The notes beneath the pieces were generated by a model. The model was given only the letters and a program-made list of their open reading frames with translations. It was not told the DNA's origin and did not search any database. A DNA stretch of 64,000 nt, from the IMG/VR virus record IMGVR_UViG_3300011980_000002, positions 159,033-223,032 of that record; one strand, written 5' to 3'. A program made the position numbers and the translations under genes. Shown piece after piece: positions 54,571 to 62,275 of the stretch. The DNA comes from a virus. Position 1 is the first letter of the stretch; each line of letters opens with the position of its first letter.

Positions 54571-55827
54571 ATGATACGAGGGAAATTTACTGAAGAGTCT
54601 CTTGTTGAGTTAGATCAAATATTTTCTAAAATAATCAGTAGTAAAATATTTAATAATGAAATTGGTCATATAGAAGATATTCTTAAAAAAGAGATTGGTA
54701 ATACATATAATATTAGACTAATGGACTATGATAAAAATACAATGCTAAGGTACATGAATATTACACCAGATAAAAGTGGTATAGATAAAATTATAGAAGG
54801 TATAGTGTCTAACTATAGAAGAAAAGAGATATATGGTATATGGAAGAATATTAAGACTTGGTATATTAATATTGATAGTAGAATATTAGATGGTAAGTTC
54901 TTTACTCCAAGACAATTAACTGCTATGTTATTACATGAGATTGGTCATAGTTTAGAAACTAATACATTTGTAGTTGATAGAGTTATAGATAATGTCCAAT
55001 GGCAATTAGCTCAAAAGAATATTGGTATTAAAGCAGTATTTAATGAAACTATGATGAAGTATATGTTAAGAATACCTGTATTAAGAGCTATAAAAGCTTC
55101 TAAATTATCTAAGCAAGATTATATTAATGAAATTGGAGCAGACTATGTAGCAGTAGTTAATGGATATGCTAAAGAATTAAAAGAGGTATTTGATATTATT
55201 GTAAATCAGAAAATTACAGTATATCAAGCTATGAAGAACAGAATGAAAGAATATGATAAAGTAGATGATTTGCATCATTATGATGGCATTATCGATGCAT
55301 TAAGAAAAAGAAGGTCTAATATAGCTAGGCAACAACTTAAATTAATGATAATAGATAAACCTGTGGATTATTTAAATGAATTATATAATGATACTTATGA
55401 TAGATTATTTAAAACTAATCCAATGAAATCTGAATCAGCTAATTTTGATAATTTAATGGAGTCTGTAATTAATGCTTACGATAATGCTTATTTTACTGAA
55501 GCTTTTTCTATCTTCAAGAAAAAACTCAAAAAAATAGATAAGTTTACCCCAGATTATATAAGAATAAGAATGGGTGATATGAAAACTAATGATGATAAAT
55601 TATTATTAGTATCTTATATACATAGTAAAATAGACTTAATAGATTTTTACTTAGATATATTAAAAGACCCAGAATTGTCTAAGAAGTATATTATACCTAA
55701 TTCTACTAATGAATTAATTAATATGAGAAAAGATTTAGAAAGGTCAAGAGAATTAATTCTTAAACAAAAGATAGAACCTATTAGATATGGTTTAGATATA
55801 ATATATCCTAAAGGATATGAAGGGTAG
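54571..55827 (+). CDS. Putative zinc metallopeptidase (HExxH)
   Basis: 418-aa ORF with LTAMLLHEIGHSLE. There is no other diagnostic motif, so the family is unknown. Confidence 0.4.
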   Translation: MIRGKFTEESLVELDQIFSKIISSKIFNNEIGHIEDILKKEIGNTYNIRLMDYDKNTMLRYMNITPDKSGIDKIIEGIVSNYRRKEIYGIWKNIKTWYINIDSRILDGKFFTPRQLTAMLLHEIGHSLETNTFVVDRVIDNVQWQLAQKNIGIKAVFNETMMKYMLRIPVLRAIKASKLSKQDYINEIGADYVAVVNGYAKELKEVFDIIVNQKITVYQAMKNRMKEYDKVDDLHHYDGIIDALRKRRSNIARQQLKLMIIDKPVDYLNELYNDTYDRLFKTNPMKSESANFDNLMESVINAYDNAYFTEAFSIFKKKLKKIDKFTPDYIRIRMGDMKTNDDKLLLVSYIHSKIDLIDFYLDILKDPELSKKYIIPNSTNELINMRKDLERSRELILKQKIEPIRYGLDIIYPKGYEG

Positions 55828-55861
55828 AAAATATTGCATAGAAAGGAAATGGGGTAAATCT

Positions 55862-56581
55862 ATGGGTATATTTATAGAGAAGGATAACTTTGTTTATCTC
55901 GATACTAATTACTGTGAATTCTATATACCTGAATATTACTTTGATAATAAATGGGCAACTTATCAAAAAGACTCTATTAATTGTCTTGGAGTATTTGAAG
56001 TAGGAATTGGTGACAGTAATGGTAATATTAAAGAAAGAAAGACATTAAATGTCCCAGTTATCACAGACTTCTATTATAATGATACAGATGAAACTGATAT
56101 AACTGGTTCAGATGGTACTGTGGAAAAATGTATTGTACTTAAGTATACTAAAGGAGATAAAGTAATGAATTCTTATGTAGTTAAGGATTCAGTTAATGCT
56201 GCTCTATTCTTAAGTATGATTACTAAAGGTAAATTACCTAAGACTATTAAGTATACAGATTTAATTACAGTATTTAATAAAAATAAAGCTCTATCTGGAG
56301 TTAACTTTGGAGTTCCATCTTCTATAGAGGAAATGGTACTTGGAGTCTCTTATAGAGATAAGAATGATATAACAAGAAAGTTTGCTACAGTAATAGGAGC
56401 TGGTAAAGCTGGAGAATATGATTATACTACTACAAGTATAAGAAAGATTTGTCAATATGCTTCTACATTTAGTGCTATGACATTTGAGGATATTAACTCT
56501 ATGATTATAACTTCAGTTAATAGAACTAGACATAAGAAGAATGAAATGGATTCTCCTGTAGAAAAAATTCTTAAGTACTAA
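55862..56581 (+). CDS. Hypothetical protein
   Basis: The track start 55817 has AAAGGA immediately abutting the ATG. The in-frame ATG 55862 behind GAAAGGAAATGGGG is preferred. Terminator at 56588. Confidence 0.5.
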   Translation: MGIFIEKDNFVYLDTNYCEFYIPEYYFDNKWATYQKDSINCLGVFEVGIGDSNGNIKERKTLNVPVITDFYYNDTDETDITGSDGTVEKCIVLKYTKGDKVMNSYVVKDSVNAALFLSMITKGKLPKTIKYTDLITVFNKNKALSGVNFGVPSSIEEMVLGVSYRDKNDITRKFATVIGAGKAGEYDYTTTSIRKICQYASTFSAMTFEDINSMIITSVNRTRHKKNEMDSPVEKILKY

Positions 56582-56587
56582 ATTAAT

Positions 56588-56645
56588 AAAGAAGATAATA
56601 ATTCATCACTTATTTAAGTATAATTATTATCTTCTTTATATTTTA
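56588..56645 (+). terminator. Intrinsic terminator
   Basis: AAAGAAGATAATAATT / AATTATTATCTTCTTT, 16-bp stem. Confidence 0.65.
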
Positions 56646-56661
56646 ATTTGAAAGGGTTATT

Positions 56662-59007
56662 ATGATTGAAAAGAAAAGAGTTAATCCTTTACAGGGAGTA
56701 TATGTAAGTTATGAGGATATTATTAAAGGTACAGAAATAAAGTATATGTATTTAGCAATTAAAGATGAGGATTTAGAAACTCGTAAATATGTAGATGCTT
56801 ATACAGATGCATATTATAAGAAAGATGTATTTGAGAATTATTCTTATGATAAAGAAGATTATGACCAAGTTGGAGTTACTGATAACGAAGTTATTAGAGG
56901 TTATATACAAGATAAAAGGTCAGTACCACCTCATATACAAGAATTATTATTAAAAAGAAAAAGAGAAGGAGTAGTCAATACTTATATTGAAAGAAATGAC
57001 TACTACAGAATGTTAAATGGTTTACCTAATAAAAATGATAATGATATTATCGTTTTAGATCCTCAAATCTGTACAGAGTATAATATTACACCAACTACTC
57101 GAGTACATGATATAAGAAGAATTTATGGGGATAATATTATAAGTCAATTAGAAGAAGCTAAGGTATTTGATAAGTTATATGAAGAAAATCCAGATAAGAA
57201 ATATTTAAGATTTCTTGGTAAGAGAAGGGTTGATGTATTAAGTGCAAGAAGAGCCAGAAATTTTGATTTATTATATTTATCATATGATATTCCTACTGAA
57301 ATGAGGGATAGATTTACTGTGTTATATAATCAGTGTAGAGATTATTATATGGAAAGACTCTATATGTATGAATATAGTAAAATTATAGATTACTATGATA
57401 GATTTATTGCGATGTGTATTATGATAATGGCATTACAGCAACTTACTGTAAGGATAGTACAAAAAACTATAGATAGGGAATTCTTAGACTTATATCAAGT
57501 ACAATGTCTGTATGAAACTTACGATATCCCATTTTATAGATTGATAGATGAAAAAACTCAAAAGGATATTTGTAAGAACTTAAATAACTTGATAAGAAAT
57601 AAAGGTACTAATAGAGTTATTGTAGATATTGCTAAGTTATTGGGATTTACAAATATTAATATCTATAAGTATTTCTTATTTAAAGAGCATAAATTAGATA
57701 TAGATGGAAATCCTATATTTAAAAAGAAAACTGTATTTAATCAAGATACTGGTAAAGAAGAAGAAGTCTATGATACAAAAGCTATGTTTGATGTATATTT
57801 CCAGAAGATAGAAGTTGGTAATTATGACTTTTATGAAGCATTAGATGAAAGAGGTAATAAAGTTCATTATGACGCTATTACTACCGGAGATAAGTATTGG
57901 ATAGAGGATTCTCAATTATTAAGTAATTTATACGATGAAGAATATAACTATAAAGAGTCTAAATATCTAGGATTAGCTTTATCTTATAGATTAACAGATA
58001 TATTGTATGAGTTTATCTTATTAATGAGATTATTCTTTAGTAAAAAAGAAGATGTTAATAGTATTAAGATAAAATTACCTATGGTAAATCCAACTGATGA
58101 ATTTGGTTTATTTGATATAGCTGTATTCTTATGTGCTTTATTAGCTAAGAAATTTAATATTAAAGGAGAAGTCGTATCTAAAGCTTCTCAAGTATTAGCA
58201 GTATTAAAAGAGTTAGAATATGAGAGTAATATGTATGATGGATTAAATGACTCATATGGATTTAATTTCGATTTCTTTAAGTCTACATTATTTAATGATA
58301 GAAAAGATAAGTTATACAAATTACTTACAGAAAAAGAAAGACAAGAGTTTGAATCTTATATATCTATACTAACAGTTACTGGTACGGATAATAAAGAAAA
58401 GATAAATACTCTAAATAAGATGTATAGTAATATTAAAAATTTATCTGAGTTTTTATTAAATTTATTATCTGAAGTAAAACATATTGAAGATTACCATACA
58501 GTTAGAGATTTCTATCAAACTTGTTTTTATGTAAAAGAAACTGCTAAATATTTTAGTACTGATAATAATCCTATACCTGCAAAAACTTTTATAGACTATT
58601 TATATAGAGCTAATTATGAATTATATAATTTTGTAAGAAAAGCAGATAAAGTTAATATCTATACAGATATAGAAAATGTAATTACTGCTTTAGATGTATT
58701 AATACCGGATATAAATAAACTCTATATAATAAATAACTCTACAGCAAAAATACAAGATATATTAATAGATTTTATTAAGTTCTTTAAATCATATACTACA
58801 GATATGGTTGGACTTAATATAAGTTATACGATAGATTTTAAACTAGATAATTTATTTAGATTATTTAATGAATTTCATAGAGTTCATAAGAAGTTATTAT
58901 ATGAAGAGGATTTAAACTTATCTTATTCGGATGCAATACATAAGAGTATTATTACTTATCATATGGATAATAATCTTTTATTAAGAGATGAGATAACAAG
59001 GCTTTAA
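56662..59007 (+). CDS. Hypothetical large protein (possible morphogenesis gene)
   Basis: 781-aa ORF with SD GAAAGGG. Lies in the cluster with the prohead protease. Confidence 0.6.
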   Translation: MIEKKRVNPLQGVYVSYEDIIKGTEIKYMYLAIKDEDLETRKYVDAYTDAYYKKDVFENYSYDKEDYDQVGVTDNEVIRGYIQDKRSVPPHIQELLLKRKREGVVNTYIERNDYYRMLNGLPNKNDNDIIVLDPQICTEYNITPTTRVHDIRRIYGDNIISQLEEAKVFDKLYEENPDKKYLRFLGKRRVDVLSARRARNFDLLYLSYDIPTEMRDRFTVLYNQCRDYYMERLYMYEYSKIIDYYDRFIAMCIMIMALQQLTVRIVQKTIDREFLDLYQVQCLYETYDIPFYRLIDEKTQKDICKNLNNLIRNKGTNRVIVDIAKLLGFTNINIYKYFLFKEHKLDIDGNPIFKKKTVFNQDTGKEEEVYDTKAMFDVYFQKIEVGNYDFYEALDERGNKVHYDAITTGDKYWIEDSQLLSNLYDEEYNYKESKYLGLALSYRLTDILYEFILLMRLFFSKKEDVNSIKIKLPMVNPTDEFGLFDIAVFLCALLAKKFNIKGEVVSKASQVLAVLKELEYESNMYDGLNDSYGFNFDFFKSTLFNDRKDKLYKLLTEKERQEFESYISILTVTGTDNKEKINTLNKMYSNIKNLSEFLLNLLSEVKHIEDYHTVRDFYQTCFYVKETAKYFSTDNNPIPAKTFIDYLYRANYELYNFVRKADKVNIYTDIENVITALDVLIPDINKLYIINNSTAKIQDILIDFIKFFKSYTTDMVGLNISYTIDFKLDNLFRLFNEFHRVHKKLLYEEDLNLSYSDAIHKSIITYHMDNNLLLRDEITRL

Positions 59008-59017
59008 AATTCTCTAT

Positions 59018-59033
59018 GAAAACAGAAATTTAA
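59018..59033 (+). promoter_or_regulatory. AACA-N6-TA late-type promoter candidate
   Basis: GAAAACAGAAATTTAA, 47 nt upstream of ATG 59068. Confidence 0.45.
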
Positions 59034-59067
59034 TACTTATAATGAAAGGAAATGAATATCAACTACA

Positions 59068-60012
59068 ATGGCTAATAAAAGAATAATAAATGATAATATG
59101 ATGTTTATTGATAGTGCCAATGAGTCTACAAGTAAACATCAGAATACATTTTGGAATGGAACATCTATATCAGCTTATCATGGATATAGATATAATAAAA
59201 GAACCGGTAAATCTGAATGGGATGAAGTTATATTTGAAGACGCTCATAATATTGTAACTATATCAGGTGTACAATTTGCAATGGAGAAATTATTCGGTAT
59301 TTCTGGCACTATTAATGTACCATCGCTACATTCAGAATTACAAATTGGTGCTGTTGAGGATACTGTTGCTTCTAAAGTAATACAAACACCAGCAGGAACT
59401 AAAACATCTCCATATAGTGCATCTGATGAAATATGTTTATTTGCAATCGGATTAACTGGTACAGGTGAAAGCTCTATTGTAAAGTACCCTGTTAATTACA
59501 GAGAGAAGTCTATAGAATTAGCTAAACTTGCTGAAGATAATACTAACTTAAATGGTATTATAATACCATTCAGATATACTCAACAAACTTTAACCGCAGC
59601 AGAACAGAAAATATATTTTGGTAAGAAGACTGTCGATGGTTATAATGCATATTATTTAAAGAAGTTTGATGCTGAACCTACAATAAGACATATATGGAAA
59701 ATAGATAGTGATGATGAAACAGAAACAGATATATCTGCATCAGAAGTATGGGATATAACAAGAAACACACCTGCAAGGTCATATACAGAAATGATACTTA
59801 CTATATCCAGTAAAGATGTAAAAGAGTGGGTTAGTGTTACTGGTAAAATTGGTGAACCGATATTTAATACCATAAGTTTATATCATGGTGAATATAATCA
59901 AGTTGGTGGAGACTATATGAATGTAAAGATGTTTAGTAAAGCTTATATACCAACAGAGAACTTATCTTTATCTAAGGATATCCAATTTGTATATAGAACT
60001 TACGGAGCATAG
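59068..60012 (+). CDS. Hypothetical late protein (possible structural)
   Basis: 314-aa ORF with SD GAAAGGAAA. AACA-N6-TA motif at 59018. Confidence 0.6.
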   Translation: MANKRIINDNMMFIDSANESTSKHQNTFWNGTSISAYHGYRYNKRTGKSEWDEVIFEDAHNIVTISGVQFAMEKLFGISGTINVPSLHSELQIGAVEDTVASKVIQTPAGTKTSPYSASDEICLFAIGLTGTGESSIVKYPVNYREKSIELAKLAEDNTNLNGIIIPFRYTQQTLTAAEQKIYFGKKTVDGYNAYYLKKFDAEPTIRHIWKIDSDDETETDISASEVWDITRNTPARSYTEMILTISSKDVKEWVSVTGKIGEPIFNTISLYHGEYNQVGGDYMNVKMFSKAYIPTENLSLSKDIQFVYRTYGA

Positions 60013-60023
60013 AAATTTAAATT

Positions 60024-60064
60024 AATAATAGATACTGGGTTAATTCCTAGTATCTATTATTTTT
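60024..60064 (+). terminator. Cassette terminator
   Basis: AATAATAGATACT / AGTATCTATTATT followed by TTT. Confidence 0.7.
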
Positions 60065-60090
60065 ATCCGTATTTCATATATATATATATT

Positions 60091-60122
60091 GATATACTAT
60101 TTATGTGTAAAATAAATATATT
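60091..60122 (+). promoter_or_regulatory. Early-class promoter-like motif (class 1)
   Basis: GATATACTATTTATGTGTAAAATAAATATATT, with ATCCGTATTTCA box upstream. Confidence 0.65.
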
Positions 60123-60139
60123 TATGCTCATATATGAGC

Positions 60140-60177
60140 AGGGTGGAGATAACGTCAAGAGCCCAGAAGGAGTTTAT
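60140..60177 (+). promoter_or_regulatory. Conserved 5' leader element, copy B
   Basis: AGGGTGGAGATAACGTCAAGAGCCCAGAAGGAGTTTAT lies between the early motif and ATG 60178. Preceded by the hairpin TGCTCATATATGAGCA. Confidence 0.45.
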
Positions 60178-60537
60178 ATGTTAATAGGAAGAACTACATT
60201 TGCAACAGAGTTATTTGATACTATCTGTGAGAAGTATTTCGAGATAATTGAGGGTATTAAAGATGACCTCAACATCGAGAAGTCATCCAGAGATGTATCA
60301 GCGGAATTTACATTCCTGTATAGACCTTTAGATAAGACACTGGCATATATGCCAGTAAACGAGGATGGGATGTTTACAGAGTATATGTATTTCTACTACC
60401 CATCAATATCAGATACCTGTAGTCCATATATAGTATTTAAATTAGATATAGGTGGATTGGTTAGATTGTACATGATGAACTATGAGGAGTTCAAGAAAGG
60501 AGTTATACATGTAAATAGGCTTGATACTGATTTTTAA
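60178..60537 (+). CDS. Early-cassette protein, unknown function
   Basis: The track ORF begins at 60103, inside the promoter motif. ATG 60178 follows SD AAGGAG, giving 119 aa. The conserved leader 60140-60177 is in frame upstream, so a longer form cannot be excluded. Confidence 0.55.
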   Translation: MLIGRTTFATELFDTICEKYFEIIEGIKDDLNIEKSSRDVSAEFTFLYRPLDKTLAYMPVNEDGMFTEYMYFYYPSISDTCSPYIVFKLDIGGLVRLYMMNYEEFKKGVIHVNRLDTDF

Positions 60538-60542
60538 AAAAT

Positions 60543-60584
60543 AAAACCCTGTATAATTTACTTACAGGGTTTTATTTTTTTTTT
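60543..60584 (+). terminator. Intrinsic terminator
   Basis: AAAACCCTGTA / TACAGGGTTTT followed by a long T-run. Confidence 0.8.
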
Positions 60585-60597
60585 GTATATGCCCAGT

Positions 60598-60614
60598 AAA
60601 AAACATATCTTTAA
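60598..60614 (+). promoter_or_regulatory. AACA-N6-TA late-type promoter candidate for the prohead protease gene
   Basis: AAAAAACATATCTTTAA, 51 nt upstream of ATG 60652. Confidence 0.5.
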
Positions 60615-60651
60615 TTAAAATATAAAGAAAGGTGAGTAATTTACTATAGTT

Positions 60652-61548
60652 ATGGATAGAGAAAATATAGCATTATTATACCTCGCCGAACAAACCAGTC
60701 CAGAAAATTATGAAATGAAGAATTTGAATATAATGGAAAGTATAGGTGCGTTTTTCGTTGAGTTTGAAGCTGTTCTTCATTCATTTGATGTTCTTAATAT
60801 AAATAAAAGAATTTATCAATTATTGAATGTTGAAGAGTGTTATAACAAATCTGATGAAATTCAATCCTATATAAGAAAGAATGGTTGGTTTGGTGAAATG
60901 GATCATCCTGGACAAGACTTTGAGAATATGCAATTAACTGCACAAAGAGTACAGAAGATATACATGCCAAATAGATCTCATAAGATTATGAATCCACTAT
61001 TTAATAGATCTACTAATCTAATGACTGCTAAGATACAAACTGCAAGTGGTACTGATGCAGGAGTTGGAATGGCAAGAGAGATTGTACAAGGATTAATACC
61101 TTCATTTAGTTGTAGGTCAGTTGCAAGAATGAATGTCCAGAATGGTAAACCTTTAGTATCTATGAGAAAGCTTATTACTTATGACTGGGTATTATATCCG
61201 TCTCATAAAGAAGCTACTATGATAGGTAAACCTACATTAAGAGTAGGACAAAAAGAAAAGCTATTATTAGAGTCAGCTAATACCATGTTAGGAAATGAAC
61301 CAATATTCAGAAAGAGATCTAAAGATGTTTGTATTGATATGAGTCAATTCCCAGACTTTACTGAATTCATAAGTGAGTTTGACCCTAATACTAATATCGT
61401 ACTAGAGAGTGTAGGATGTAGTTATAAGGATATTACTACATTTGATACCAACGGGAACATAGTAATTAGTACTGAAGGTAATAAGATATTTGTAAATACT
61501 AATATGGATACAAAAAAGAAAATAGAAGATTTTCTATCATCATTCTAA
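60652..61548 (+). CDS. Prohead core protease, T4 gp21-like
   Basis: NINKRIY...WFGEMDHPG and GLIPSFSCRSVA parallel T4 gp21 NRNKRLYP...ALGELNHP and GWIPGVSSRGLG, recalled from memory. AACA-N6-TA motif at 60598. Confidence 0.6.
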   Translation: MDRENIALLYLAEQTSPENYEMKNLNIMESIGAFFVEFEAVLHSFDVLNINKRIYQLLNVEECYNKSDEIQSYIRKNGWFGEMDHPGQDFENMQLTAQRVQKIYMPNRSHKIMNPLFNRSTNLMTAKIQTASGTDAGVGMAREIVQGLIPSFSCRSVARMNVQNGKPLVSMRKLITYDWVLYPSHKEATMIGKPTLRVGQKEKLLLESANTMLGNEPIFRKRSKDVCIDMSQFPDFTEFISEFDPNTNIVLESVGCSYKDITTFDTNGNIVISTEGNKIFVNTNMDTKKKIEDFLSSF

Positions 61549-61560
61549 GAAAAATTAATT

Positions 61561-61600
61561 AATAGAGTATACTCGTAATTGAGTATACTCTATTATTATT
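61561..61600. terminator. Bidirectional terminator
   Basis: AATAGAGTATACTC / GAGTATACTCTATT between convergent genes. Confidence 0.7.
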
Positions 61601-61606
61601 TGTAAA

Positions 61607-61798
61607 TTATAAATGCAATATATATATATATAATACATATAAAAGTATTGAAAATATAAGTGTTGAAAATATACATAGTGTTGTAAATGATTTATCAGTA
61701 TCATCATACTCAACTTCTAATATTATGATCGATAGTGATAGTATTGGTATTACAATAAATGGTATAATAATAAATGCTATAATATTAAGTATTATCAT
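61607..61798 (-). CDS. Small 2-TM membrane protein
   Basis: 63-aa hydrophobic ORF with SD AAAGGAG on the minus strand. Second gene of a two-gene minus-strand unit. Confidence 0.45.
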   Translation of the reverse strand: MIILNIIAFIIIPFIVIPILSLSIIILEVEYDDTDKSFTTLCIFSTLIFSILLYVLYIYILHL

Positions 61799-61819
61799 AT
61801 TTTTTATTTACTCCTTTCT

Positions 61820-61978
61820 TTATACACCTACTAATAATATTACCACTATTAATAGTATTATAGATATCAAACCAAGCATTGATGTAAATATCCTATTAAT
61901 ACCGATTACTATATCTAATAATATAGATACTAGTAGGATAAATATTAGTACTAACTTTATTAGTATCATAAAAATCAT
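61820..61978 (-). CDS. Unlisted 52-aa membrane protein
   Basis: MIFMILIKLVLIFILLVSILLDIVIGINRIFTSMLGLISIILLIVVILLVGV. Preceded on the minus strand by AAAGGAGAAAAAGAAGTATG and by early motif 62001-62030. Confidence 0.45.
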   Translation of the reverse strand: MIFMILIKLVLIFILLVSILLDIVIGINRIFTSMLGLISIILLIVVILLVGV

Positions 61979-62000
61979 ACTTCTTTTTCTCCTTTATTAA

Positions 62001-62030
62001 TATATTTTAATTACAAGTGAATATTATATA
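62001..62030 (-). promoter_or_regulatory. Early-class promoter-like motif (class 2) on the minus strand
   Basis: The minus strand reads TATATAATATTCACTTGTAATTAAAATATA. It is followed by AAAGGAGAAAAAGAAGTATG of the 52-aa ORF. Confidence 0.5.
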
Positions 62031-62089
62031 AATCTACACATAATTACTTTATATTAAACTATGTAAAGAAAAATGTGAGGATATCTATT

Positions 62090-62251
62090 ATGAATAATGA
62101 AGAAAGTAAAGATGAGGTTTTAGACTGTAAGCATGGTTATAAGACTAAATCAGAAATAGATAATAAATTCAATTGTGATAGTATTTGTGAAACTTGTAAA
62201 CATCTAAGGTATAATAAGGGTGTTTTAAGTTGTGAATACTCACAAGTTTAA
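62090..62251 (+). CDS. Unlisted 53-aa Cys-rich protein
   Basis: MNNEESKDEVLDCKHGYKTKSEIDNKFNCDSICETCKHLRYNKGVLSCEYSQV. It has 5 Cys including CxxxCxxC, with GAGG 9 nt upstream. Confidence 0.4.
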   Translation: MNNEESKDEVLDCKHGYKTKSEIDNKFNCDSICETCKHLRYNKGVLSCEYSQV

Positions 62252-62275
62252 TTTTTTATACAGGAAAGGAAATAA

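Noticed and set aside
60089-60120. Reading the early motif as a host sigma-A promoter (TTGATA ... TAAAAT).
   Set aside because: The TTGATA is present in only one copy. Other copies have no -35-like hexamer at the right distance. Conservation extends over more than 30 nt, unlike sigma-A promoters. I therefore treat it as a phage-specific element.
61725-62000. 91-aa + strand ORF (Ile/Asn/Thr-rich).
   Set aside because: It is antisense to two minus-strand membrane-protein ORFs that have the fixed SD and an early motif. It has no SD of its own.
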